Shown here: positions 19,102 to 28,517 of the stretch, piece by piece
How positions within the stretch are numbered: position 1 is the first letter of the stretch
Layout of the letters: the number at the start of each line of letters is the position of its first letter
From: Nitrospirota bacterium
Lineage (GTDB): Bacteria > Nitrospirota > UBA9217
Assembly (NCBI GenBank): GCA_035623825.1
Contig: DASPSR010000024.1
Span: 1 to 64,000, forward strand
Reading direction: 5' to 3'
Length of the DNA: 64,000 nt
Program-made: the position numbers and the translations under genes
Notes under the pieces: generated by a model
The model's input: the letters and a program-made list of their open reading frames with translations, nothing else
Databases searched by the model: none
What the model was told of the DNA's origin: nothing

Positions 19102-19238
19102 GGCGATACTCCTTTCTATGTTGCTTCTTTAGTTTCAGTTCATCCCGCTGCTCTTACGAGCACATCTCTCTTCCTGTCCTGGTTCTGGCAGTGCCGGCGC
19201 CCTTCACCGCCGTAATGGGTATCTTGCAAGCATAGAAT

Positions 19239-19320
19239 GACACTTCGGCAATCTTAGCCTTATAAAATCCACAGCTTTCCTCCGCCCATCTCGTGAAGGG
19301 TTTGACTTTATCGCGATCGA
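19239..19320 (-). ncRNA. Degenerate c-di-GMP-I (GEMM) riboswitch upstream of the OmpA gene
   Basis: Minus strand CGATAAAGTCAAACCCTTC-ACGA-GATGGGCGGAGGAAAGCTGTGG...GATTGCCGAAG keeps the GEMM landmarks (AAAC.., GAAAGC, TGCCGAA), but P3 is weak. Confidence 0.5.
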
Positions 19321-19751
19321 CTAATTGATGGATATTGCTAAAGTGAGTAATTTTAGTATAACAGAGATCATGAGGAGCATCGATGATATAACGAGAGTAT
19401 TTTAAGGCTATTGCACGTAATGGCAATAAGTTGCAACAAAATAAACAAGATTATCAAATGAAACATTGATTGTTGCCAAAGATAGGAACTTCAATGTTAC
19501 AGCTTGCAATGCATGTTGAATGTGACTACTAAAAAGTGTGAATTTCCAACCCATGAATTTTTATCGACACCACCTTGTTGTTAGGACGGCCCGTAAAAGT
19601 GACCGCGTATTGCCGGTTAAAATCAATCTTGTGATGATCTCGGGACTGCTACTGCCACCGCCTACTAAACACTTTCGTAGACTTGAAACCGTCTTAATTT
19701 ATCGCTGTCGCACGAAACCATCCGGACTGCCAGTCCGGATCACGAACAATA

Positions 19752-20086
19752 TCATGTGCATCCCGCTGGCTGAGAAACGCCTGAATATCGGCAGGCCCGT
19801 CTCATTGGAGAATTGGGGAATAAAGCATAGAGATACTTGATAGTGTACAGTTCGGCCCCTTCTGTTTTATTCAGTCCTTTAATGATGACCTTTGGCATAG
19901 GCACGGACTTATACCGCAGATATACTCTCTGATGAAACCGATCACCCGCCAATGCGTTTCCGAGAGCTCAAGACCGTCGAGCTCAGCGAGATGATCGGCA
20001 AGGTCCTCGGACCAGTCATTCTCATTCACCAGATGGCCATCCTCGTCCAGCGGAATATGCTTCCCCCGAAAAAACATCGTTCTCTT
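19752..20086 (-). pseudogene. DsrC/TusE-family sulfur carrier, frameshifted and with its start codon lost
   Basis: Frame 1 reads LDEDGHLVNENDWSEDLA...HWRVIGFIREY. Frame 2 reads YLRYKSVP...LYALFPNSPMRRACRYSGVSQPAGCT (C-X10-C). There is a 1-nt loss near 19921, and AAG stands where ATG is expected 7 nt after GGAGG. Confidence 0.85.
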
Positions 20087-20172
20087 GTCAGGACCTCCCA
20101 AGGAATCGCAAATTCAACATAGAGCGCCGGTGAACCCAAAAACGATCAAACTGCTCTGCGGTTAAAGTGAGT

Positions 20173-20460
20173 TTACGTCTGTATGTTGTAGACTTCAAAG
20201 CTCTTCTCTTCTGCTGGCTTAGTGAAGCCGCCTTTTATGCCACGTTGCAGTCGAGGCATCAGGACGCCGTCACGGAACCGCTCCCAACTCTCCTTGGAGT
20301 CATGAATCGCAATCACTACCCAGCCACGTGCTGACGCGCCAGCCGCATGGAAGATTTGGCCCTCCGGCAATTTGTCCCTGCTTGGATGAACTACCGCTAA
20401 TGACGCCTCATACTGCTCCTTAGTACCGTCCGGAAAATAATGCACAATTCCGTATGCCAT
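20173..20460 (-). CDS. Hypothetical protein (dimeric alpha-beta barrel-like)
   Basis: 95-aa ORF with RBS GAGAGGAG; LPEGQIFHAAG motif. Confidence 0.7.
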   Translation of the reverse strand: MAYGIVHYFPDGTKEQYEASLAVVHPSRDKLPEGQIFHAAGASARGWVVIAIHDSKESWERFRDGVLMPRLQRGIKGGFTKPAEEKSFEVYNIQT

Positions 20461-20811
20461 TTTCGTTCTCCTCTCATATTGGTGGGACCGTCTATTGCGA
20501 CCCTCTTAGCACATTATATATTTAAAATAAGCTGATGCCAAGAGTGAGTACGCCGATATTACATGATGAATGATTGGATCAATATGTCAACCAGGTGTGC
20601 GACAACCCACCTGGGAGGAGGAAGTGATTTCCCACATAAGATTTGACGACTTCAGAAGGGAATATTACGTTATTGGCACTATATTGCATAATGACAACTA
20701 TTGTGGATTACAGGAAGTATGTCTCGGCGATAGTTACAACCGAAAAATAATAATTCAAATCAAAACGTGCATGCCTGGCATTTCGGGCACGTTGAGCGAA
20801 CGAGGTCATGC

Positions 20812-22605
20812 TCAGATTTTCAGAATCTGCGTCTCCATTGGTAACAAGGTGACGCGAACCGTATTGACCGGCCCCGCTCCCGTGGTCCCGTTCACTTCGG
20901 CCACCTTGATTTGGTTCAGAGACCGTACAGGATCCGGAGGCGCTGGAGTCGGCTTGTTGCTGTAAAGCACCCGGAGATTGTCGCCGGGCGAGCTCAATGT
21001 TCTTTCCAGAATCACATCCACGGACAGGCTCTGCACAGTGTTCGTGTTGGCCGCAATCAGAACCTCCTGATCATTCAGAATGCGCGACCATGCCAACATC
21101 CCGCCGGGATACGGTGAGATCCCGAAGTTGACGCTGTCGCCGGAAATCGGGCGGAAATAGAATCGCCCGTAGCGAAGGGCAGGTTCAGAGTTCCGCACGG
21201 CGACAATTTTTTGAATTTCCGAATAAAAGAAGCTGTCTTGAGGAAACTTCGGCGCGATGCCCCACAGCGCTTCACGCACGGCCGGATCAGTGCCGCTGCC
21301 GTGCAAACCCTGCTCCGTACCGTAATAAAGGCAGGGAACGCCGGGTAATGAACAGAGGCACGCGAAGCCCATCGATACCTGATCGTTGTACAGATTCTCT
21401 TCACCCGGTTGAATATACCGGATTCGTGCCTTCATGTCATGGTTGTCAAGAAACGTAACAAAAAAACGCGAGGCATCCCCGTGAGAACTGAGAATATATT
21501 GCTCGACCTGTTTACGAAGGTTATATACGCCGACCACCGCCGCAGGAGCGCATAATCCCTTCACTGTCGGCGTGAGGACATTAAACAGCGGATAATCCAA
21601 AGCCGCGTCCACGCCCACCAGGCTACTGGAGTCGCTGCCGGTGGTCGTGTTTCTTCCGATGAAGCGCGCGATGTCGGCCTCTTCGGTGCTGTCCAACACC
21701 TCGCCGAATGTAAAAAAGTTTTTCTTACCGATGCTCAGGGCGAACTCGCGCATGGAATTACCGAAGAGTTGGGGCAAATTGCCGCCAAGATATCGGAGGG
21801 TGTCTATTCTAAATCCGTCGATGTCATAACGGGCGATGACATATTGATAGGCTCGGATCAAAAAACCCTGCAAATCGGGGTCTGCTGTCACCATTTGTTT
21901 CAATGAAGCAAAGTCGCCCACCGTGTCCACTCCTTCCGGATCGGGCATCCCCTGGCGGCGGAAATATTGATTCTGCTGAAGTTCCGCCGGCCAGACTACG
22001 CCGTCCGCCGGCGGAGTCGGAATGGCGGCAACATCAGCCCACTGTGACTGGGCATTTCCGTTGGCATCGCGCCATTGCACAGCAATCGGCACACTCGAAA
22101 ACGGCGCTGTGGAATTGCCCGCGTAGGCAAAGGCGTCGCCCGTGTGGTTGAGCACAATGTCGAGAATCACGTAGAGCCCGGCTTGGTGGGCGGCGTCCAC
22201 CAAGGCGCGCAATTCGTCGTCGGCATTGGCTGGATCAGCCGCAAAGAGCGGCTCTGCACGAAGAAAATCATGGATGCCGTACCCGTGATAGCTGCCTGCG
22301 TCAAAGGGGAGATTTTTTAATACTGGGCTGAGCCAAATGGCGCCGGCTCCCATGCTCTTGATGTAGGAGAGTTGCTGCTGAACGCCGGCGAATTTGCCGC
22401 CCTGATACTGGCCATAATTCGGGTCGTCATAGGGCTGGTGCACTGGCGGCGCGGCTGGATTATTGAACCGGTCTACCATGAGAAAGTAGATCACTTGATC
22501 CCGCCAATCCGCGGGCGATGGAAACGGCCCGTTCGCCCGTCCAACAGCCGACTCTGCGTTGTCCAGAACCGCTTGGACTTCTGGAGCAAAAAGCGATGTG
22601 AACAT
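20812..22605 (-). CDS. Alpha-amylase family (GH13) glycosyl hydrolase
   Basis: IYFLMVDRF, YHGYG, DIVLNH, DGFRIDT, FGEV, FLDNHD, YYGTEQG; ATG 22605 after AGGAGG. Confidence 0.9.
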   Translation of the reverse strand: MFTSLFAPEVQAVLDNAESAVGRANGPFPSPADWRDQVIYFLMVDRFNNPAAPPVHQPYDDPNYGQYQGGKFAGVQQQLSYIKSMGAGAIWLSPVLKNLPFDAGSYHGYGIHDFLRAEPLFAADPANADDELRALVDAAHQAGLYVILDIVLNHTGDAFAYAGNSTAPFSSVPIAVQWRDANGNAQSQWADVAAIPTPPADGVVWPAELQQNQYFRRQGMPDPEGVDTVGDFASLKQMVTADPDLQGFLIRAYQYVIARYDIDGFRIDTLRYLGGNLPQLFGNSMREFALSIGKKNFFTFGEVLDSTEEADIARFIGRNTTTGSDSSSLVGVDAALDYPLFNVLTPTVKGLCAPAAVVGVYNLRKQVEQYILSSHGDASRFFVTFLDNHDMKARIRYIQPGEENLYNDQVSMGFACLCSLPGVPCLYYGTEQGLHGSGTDPAVREALWGIAPKFPQDSFFYSEIQKIVAVRNSEPALRYGRFYFRPISGDSVNFGISPYPGGMLAWSRILNDQEVLIAANTNTVQSLSVDVILERTLSSPGDNLRVLYSNKPTPAPPDPVRSLNQIKVAEVNGTTGAGPVNTVRVTLLPMETQILKI

Positions 22606-22748
22606 GATGCCTCCTGATTTAATCGCCGGCTGAGAGGGCACTGTTTTCACGACTCTCTCGAGCCGAATGGGTAGAATTAGTGGATTACAGCGTTCTGTTC
22701 GTCCGCGTCATCGTGAAGGAGAATAGATCTGGCAATTTAAGCATTCTA

Positions 22749-24071
22749 TTACAGCTGCGGCTTGGCATTGATTTTTTTCAATCTGCGGTAGAGAGTGGCG
22801 CGGGATATGCGCAAATGACGGGCGGCCTCGTTCACATCCTGACCGAACCGCTGGAGCGTGGCCAAGATGTGAGCATCTTCGACCTGACTCAGCGTAGTCG
22901 AACAGATTTCATCAGTATCAGCCCGAAGGCTCAGACCTGCGAAATGCATGGGCGTTAATGGCCCTCCGCGAGAGAGCATCAGTGCTCGCTCCAAAACATT
23001 TCTAAGTTCCCTGATATTGCCCGGCCAAGGGTATGTCGCAAGCAATTGCAGTACGTCATCTCCGACGTCCACCTGCATGGCCCTCAAGCTTTTGAGCAGA
23101 TGATGGATTAGTCCTGGCAGGTCATCGAGCCGGTCACGAATAGGCGGGATGTGTATCGTGAGCAGGTTCACGCGGAAATAGAGATCCTTGCGAAAAGCGC
23201 CCTGCTGAATCGCCGCGCCAAGGTCTCGGTTTGTCGCGCAGATGAGGCGGAAATCGCTTTTGCGCTGCTTCACGTCACCGAGCCTTCGAAATCGCTTATC
23301 CTCGAGGACCTTGAGAAAGGCAGCCTGGACACCAACGTCCATGTCCCCAATTTCATCGAGGAACAGGGTCCCGTTGTTCGCGATGTCGAGCAGGCCCTGC
23401 CGGTCCAGGTCCGCTGACGTAAAAGCTCCGCGCACATTACCGAACAATTCCCGGGCAAGCAGTTCACCTCGCAGAGCAGAGCAGTTCACATCCACAAACT
23501 CGTCTTTCGCTCGGTCGCCCCGGTCGTGGATCCATTTCGCCAGCAAACCCTTTCCGGTGCCCGTCTCCCCCGTTATCAATACAGGCTTGTCGGTCTCAGC
23601 TGCAATCTGTGCAAGCTCGGCGACCTTTCGTATGATCAGGTTTTCCCCGAAATGGATAACCTCCCTCTTTTCGAGCCGCTGACGCGACGACGAAACCTTC
23701 TTAAGTGAACCGAGTTCCAATGTTTTCTTAAGAAATACGTCTAGGCTGGCCATATCCACTGGCTTGGTCAGAAAATTGTCCGCACCTCTGCGCATGGCAT
23801 CCACAGCAATGGGAATCTCGCTCGATCCGGTAATAACGATAATCGGTGTTTCCGGCGACGTCTGCCTGATATAATCGATAAAATCAAGGCCATTCCCGTC
23901 AGGCAGGTTCAGGTCCAGGAGGATGGCGTCGAACGTCTGCGATGCCGAAGCACTCCTTCCCCCGGCAAGATCGCCGGTTTCCGTGATTTCATAGCCGACG
24001 TTCGACAGATACTTGGCGAATCCGAAGCGCGTGCCGGCCTCATCATCTATCAATAGTATCTGCGGTTTCAT
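22749..24071 (-). CDS. sigma54-dependent response regulator (NtrC/AtoC family)
   Basis: Receiver domain (LIDDE, LLDLNLPDG), GETGTGK, GAFTSA loop, WPGNIREL, Fis-type HTH. Confidence 0.95.
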   Translation of the reverse strand: MKPQILLIDDEAGTRFGFAKYLSNVGYEITETGDLAGGRSASASQTFDAILLDLNLPDGNGLDFIDYIRQTSPETPIIVITGSSEIPIAVDAMRRGADNFLTKPVDMASLDVFLKKTLELGSLKKVSSSRQRLEKREVIHFGENLIIRKVAELAQIAAETDKPVLITGETGTGKGLLAKWIHDRGDRAKDEFVDVNCSALRGELLARELFGNVRGAFTSADLDRQGLLDIANNGTLFLDEIGDMDVGVQAAFLKVLEDKRFRRLGDVKQRKSDFRLICATNRDLGAAIQQGAFRKDLYFRVNLLTIHIPPIRDRLDDLPGLIHHLLKSLRAMQVDVGDDVLQLLATYPWPGNIRELRNVLERALMLSRGGPLTPMHFAGLSLRADTDEICSTTLSQVEDAHILATLQRFGQDVNEAARHLRISRATLYRRLKKINAKPQL

Positions 24072-26200
24072 ACCGGTGCACCTTTGTCAATATTGAGCTT
24101 AATTTCAGCAGTACAGCCAGGCTGCTCGTCATTGTTCAGGACCCTAACGACACCTCCCATGTTTTCCACGATGTGCCTGACAATACTGAGGCCGAGTCCG
24201 ATGCCCCCCTTCCTGGTTGTAAAGAACGGATCGAAGATCCGGTTGATCTTCTCCGTCGGGATTCCCATCCCTTTGTCCGTGATTTGAATCATCGCCTGGT
24301 TATCCGGGGTCTCTACGATTCTGACATCGATCGCGCTTTCAAGAGGGCTGTGCTGGGCCGCATTGTCCAGCAAATTGATCAGAACCTGCTGAAAACGCAC
24401 GATGTCGACAAGCACGATCGGCCCTTCACAACTGCAGTCGAAAAGGACCCGAACAGGATGGCCTACGGCGGTATCCGTTGACGCCCAGATATTCAGTATC
24501 TCCTGACACGTTTGGTGCAGGGGGACGGCGTTCATGTTAGAAGACACAATCGGCTTTCCCAGCTCCAGCAAATCCTTCATCAGATTGGACAGACGATTAA
24601 CCTGTATCCGTATGTGCCTGATATAGGGTTCATAACTGCTGTTATCCTTTATCTCCGGTTCATTGAACAGTGCTTCACTGATCGAGAGGATTGCGTTGAG
24701 AGGGTTTCGCACCTCGTGGGCAACACCTCCCGCAAGACGACCGATTGCCTCAAGCGTCTGCGCCTCTCTGAGCTTCTTCTCAAGGACCGACAGCTCCGTA
24801 ATGTCGCTGATCGTATGGACAATATGATGGATGCGGCCGTCCTCATTCAGGATTGGATCTGCAGTAACCAGATTGGTCCGACCCGCCATGGCAAGAACCA
24901 TGGACTCCCGTTTCCCCGTTTTCAGCATACGCTGTGTAGGGCATCCCTCGATGGGGCAATTCGTCCCGTGGACGAGTTCCCAACAGTGTCTGCCGATGAT
25001 ATGCTGGTAAGGCATCCCCATTAGGTCCCGCACAGCCTTGTTGCAGCGGATGACCCGTTGGTCACGATCCAGAATCATGATGCAGTCCTTTATGGCGTCA
25101 AAGGTGCTTTTCCATTCCGTTGCCGCGGCCTCGATCTTCTGCGCCATTTCCTTTCGGTCGGTGATGTCATGGGCCACATAGACCATCCCGATGGGAGATC
25201 CGTTTGAATGATCCGTCAGTTGTGAAGTGGACACATTTACATGGACCTGCCGCCCGTCCCATCTGCACCAGCACAACTCGGAGCAGTTGATGCTCATGCC
25301 TTCGTCGATACCCCGATCGAGCCCTGCGTGGGCCGTCAAAAGCTCTGATAAACCCCTACCAAGCAGAGTGTTCTGAGGATACCCCAGCATGTCCTGGGCT
25401 GCACGGTTCAAGACCCGGATTTTACCGTCGAGATCTACGACGATAACCGCACTCTGCATGGTCTCAAGAATCTGGTTCGTGGCGAGTTCGGGAGTGATGT
25501 CCACCAGACGATACCGCATAATCACGAACGCTATGCCGGCCGTATAGCATGCTATGGGCACATATCCGAATGGGTACACTCTAGCACCCAAACCGGGGAG
25601 AAAATCAACTATTCCCAGAAGGCCGATACAGAAGGACAGGAATATCCACCTCATCCTGTTTTTGTTCCTCTCGTCGCGGCTCCCTGTATACGCACGCCAG
25701 TAAAGCTGAAGAATCGCAAAAGCAACAACAAGGAAATAAAAGATGAATATCAAGGCTAGCGGCCCGAACCAAGAGCTATCGCCTCTCGGGAAAATGCGGG
25801 GTGTGGTTACCAGGAAGGCGTCCGAATATATGACGCTAACGGAGAACAGGATCGCCAGAATGAACGTTGCGGTAATGGCAATCTGGTATCGCTTGATCCG
25901 GTTCAGGATGGCTGTGGCCAGCAGAAACTCGGTCGAAGGCATAAACACAGTGCTTATTAATGCTCCCCGCATCCACCAGACCATGGTGTCCTGGTCAGAG
26001 CTCAAGTATACCAGGCCCATGAATAGCATATATAAGCCCATGCTCAGGCTTGTGAGCGGATAAATGAATCTGATGCGTATATACCGCTCCCGGACCATGA
26101 CGAAGGCGCCCAGTCCGATGATAAAGACTGCAACAACAAATTGGGGGATTGCGAGAAAGCTGAAGTGGTATTGATCGTGGTTGAAGACATGCTGAACCAT
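24068..26200 (-). CDS. 7TM-PAS-PAS sensor histidine kinase
   Basis: About seven N-terminal TMs, two PAS domains, AHEVRNPL, QVLINLLDNA, DPFFTTRKGGIGLGL. Confidence 0.95.
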   Translation of the reverse strand: MVQHVFNHDQYHFSFLAIPQFVVAVFIIGLGAFVMVRERYIRIRFIYPLTSLSMGLYMLFMGLVYLSSDQDTMVWWMRGALISTVFMPSTEFLLATAILNRIKRYQIAITATFILAILFSVSVIYSDAFLVTTPRIFPRGDSSWFGPLALIFIFYFLVVAFAILQLYWRAYTGSRDERNKNRMRWIFLSFCIGLLGIVDFLPGLGARVYPFGYVPIACYTAGIAFVIMRYRLVDITPELATNQILETMQSAVIVVDLDGKIRVLNRAAQDMLGYPQNTLLGRGLSELLTAHAGLDRGIDEGMSINCSELCWCRWDGRQVHVNVSTSQLTDHSNGSPIGMVYVAHDITDRKEMAQKIEAAATEWKSTFDAIKDCIMILDRDQRVIRCNKAVRDLMGMPYQHIIGRHCWELVHGTNCPIEGCPTQRMLKTGKRESMVLAMAGRTNLVTADPILNEDGRIHHIVHTISDITELSVLEKKLREAQTLEAIGRLAGGVAHEVRNPLNAILSISEALFNEPEIKDNSSYEPYIRHIRIQVNRLSNLMKDLLELGKPIVSSNMNAVPLHQTCQEILNIWASTDTAVGHPVRVLFDCSCEGPIVLVDIVRFQQVLINLLDNAAQHSPLESAIDVRIVETPDNQAMIQITDKGMGIPTEKINRIFDPFFTTRKGGIGLGLSIVRHIVENMGGVVRVLNNDEQPGCTAEIKLNIDKGAPV

Positions 26201-26410
26201 AAAATGCGCTCCTGCTTCTGCAGACTGCCGTTCTCAGGACGTCTATTCGTCGTCGGTGTATGCAATTATTATATGCATATGTCCCCTTGCCCGCAAGGAC
26301 AAACATCTCTTCAGCACTGAAACGTAATCTGCAACTATCTGCGCTTGCTCTTTATCTAAATGCCACCTGAGATGGTCCCATACATGAGCCTCCGCCTGAT
26401 TTTGAAATGA

Positions 26411-27268
26411 TCAGAATTTGAACTCCCATTCCGGGGTCACGCCGGCCTTCTTCAGTATAGCAAGGGTATACTTAAAGTCGTCCTCAGTTGTCCTGATGAA
26501 CTCGCTGATTTTAAGCGACTCCTGAGCAGCGACTGCCTCATGGGAGCTGTCATCCTTGATGGCAAGCAACACACCGCTGACCCTCTGTACCATCGCAGGG
26601 TTCATCTTCTTGGAAACAATCAGCGTTCCGTCAGGGTTCTGCCCCTTGTCCTCGTGAATCATTTCAAGCTGAGGGTATTTTCCCTTTTCCTTGTTCCAAA
26701 CATGATTCTTAACAATTGCTACGTCCGCATCGCCTCGTGCTAACGACTCCAGGGCTGCGCCGTGATTTGCGGCCATTATTATAAGGCTGGGCTTGGACAG
26801 CCCCAACGACCGGAAATAAATCTCGCCAGCCGACGCCAACGGGGCGAAAATCACTTTTTTCCCGTTGAAGTAGTCCGCTTTTCCTGAATACTTTGGACTG
26901 TTTTTGGGCGCCACTATCACGGCTGCGTACGTGCTCGTGCCGTCCAGATTTACGGGCCTCACCACCGGGTACGCCAGGCCCTTGATAATCATGGTGCCTG
27001 CCACACCGGAACCGCTGAACATGGCGTCAACCTTCCCGGTGGCGAACATCGTTGCCGCCGCCCCGTAATCCGGAACGGTTTGAAATGTGGCCGAGATCCC
27101 CTTTTTACCCAGATACTCCAGCAGCGGCAGATACTTTTTGCCTTCGCCTGCCTGTGCCAGTTGAAGAGCGATAGTAAGATCCGCGGCTCGGCTCGTACCC
27201 GCCATAATACAAACCATTAAAACAACCGAAGATAATGCTGAAACCAATTTTTCGATATTCATCTCCAT
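26411..27268 (-). CDS. Phosphate/phosphonate-type (PhnD-like) periplasmic binding protein
   Basis: Signal peptide; PBP2-type pattern (YAAVIVAPKNS, ASAG, NHGAALESLARGDADVA); no permease genes nearby. Confidence 0.75.
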   Translation of the reverse strand: MEMNIEKLVSALSSVVLMVCIMAGTSRAADLTIALQLAQAGEGKKYLPLLEYLGKKGISATFQTVPDYGAAATMFATGKVDAMFSGSGVAGTMIIKGLAYPVVRPVNLDGTSTYAAVIVAPKNSPKYSGKADYFNGKKVIFAPLASAGEIYFRSLGLSKPSLIIMAANHGAALESLARGDADVAIVKNHVWNKEKGKYPQLEMIHEDKGQNPDGTLIVSKKMNPAMVQRVSGVLLAIKDDSSHEAVAAQESLKISEFIRTTEDDFKYTLAILKKAGVTPEWEFKF

Positions 27269-27298
27269 ACCTCCTCTATTGCATTGTGTCGTCTTTCA

Positions 27299-27706
27299 TC
27301 ACATTTTCATCTTGAGATACATACCAAGGGCTCTGTCGGAATATTTTATATGATTGACCAGCCAGTCCACCACGACCTGTCTGGCGTCCTCTGCAAGAGA
27401 CGCATTGATGCCTTCTATCATGATCCTGTCCTTCATCCTCAGAAAGGTCCTAACGAACTGCTCGTGCTGCGCCTTGTGGTTGCTCATGCTGGGATAGTTA
27501 TAGACTGCCATATAGTTTTCTTCTGTCCCGAAATGGAATACTACATAATCGGCCAAGTACTGGATGATCGAGCTCACTTCCTGTCGCGCGACAGCGCCCT
27601 GCTGAAAGGCATCAAGCAGCCTGTTCACCCGCCCGATGAGTTCCTGATGTTGCGTATCGATTATCTGAGCACCTGAGGATAAATTATCATTCCACTGCAT
27701 CAACAT
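27299..27706 (-). CDS. Single-domain bacteriohemerythrin
   Basis: IDTQHQEL, HFGTEENYM, HKAQH and WLVNHIKYSD di-iron ligands. Confidence 0.95.
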   Translation of the reverse strand: MLMQWNDNLSSGAQIIDTQHQELIGRVNRLLDAFQQGAVARQEVSSIIQYLADYVVFHFGTEENYMAVYNYPSMSNHKAQHEQFVRTFLRMKDRIMIEGINASLAEDARQVVVDWLVNHIKYSDRALGMYLKMKM

Positions 27707-27727
27707 ATTTCGTGCCTCCCCTATGGA

Positions 27728-28120
27728 TCATGTCTGATCTATAATTAGCAATTTCCGCAGGGCGTCGAACATGTCCGTTGGATGAACTGGCTTTTCAAAA
27801 TAGAAAGATGCCCCCAGGTCAAAAGCTTTTGCCTTCACCTGTTCGCTACCGTAACCTGTGATAAGGATAACCTTTGTACTTGGCTGCAGACGACGAATGC
27901 ATCTCATGATCTCCATCCCCTCTTCACTTCCCTCGCCAGTCAGCCTGAGGTCGGTGATCACGAGGTCAAAAAATCTTGCAGCTATCCGTTCCAGAGCATG
28001 ATCGAGCGTTTCGCATGCATGGATCATGATGGATGCGTGCTGTTTAAACAGCATCTTGTAGGCGAACAGAGTTGCTGCATCATCGTCGATTACCAAAACA
28101 TGCTTTGTCTTCAGCGCTTG
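27728..28120 (-). CDS. Stand-alone response-regulator receiver protein
   Basis: VLVIDDD, LVITDLRL, LITGYG, FEKP; start uncertain (28120-28147). Confidence 0.9.
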   Translation of the reverse strand, partial: QALKTKHVLVIDDDAATLFAYKMLFKQHASIMIHACETLDHALERIAARFFDLVITDLRLTGEGSEEGMEIMRCIRRLQPSTKVILITGYGSEQVKAKAFDLGASFYFEKPVHPTDMFDALRKLLIIDQT

Positions 28121-28176
28121 CATTTTAATGCTGATTCCCACGTTCAAGCTCCTTCGTTTTGCTCTGGTTTAAATAA

Positions 28177-28192
28177 TTCAAGTACTGTGCCA
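28177..28192 (-). promoter_or_regulatory. sigma54 promoter (-12 GA variant) of the hemerythrin operon
   Basis: Minus strand TGGCACAGTACTTGAA. Confidence 0.6.
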
Positions 28193-28253
28193 GAGATGCT
28201 TGAAAACATACAATTGAAATCTATGGGGAATTTAATTGATCCTCGGCGGGATA

Positions 28254-28281
28254 GTCTCATAATGAGACAAGTTGTCTCATA
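28254..28281. promoter_or_regulatory. Putative enhancer (bEBP) binding sites
   Basis: Palindrome GTCTCATAATGAGAC (28254-28268) plus a second half-site TGTCTCATA (28273-28281), 60-90 bp upstream of the sigma54 site. Confidence 0.55.
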
Positions 28282-28517
28282 TTTGCTTAGGAGCAATCTC
28301 CGTTGATATGTTGAGGGGAAAGACTTGCTGCTCTAGATGGGTCAATTTTATTTGGAGTTAAATAACATGAATACCATGATCGAAAAACAGCCTATATAGG
28401 GGCAAGCACAGGGCGGTGCTCTTGGCACTCTTTGGGCTCATGCGATTGAAATTTACCGGGTAGCCACCATAGCGTGGGTTAAGACATTGATCAGCAATAG
28501 ACGATAGTCTCACCGGT

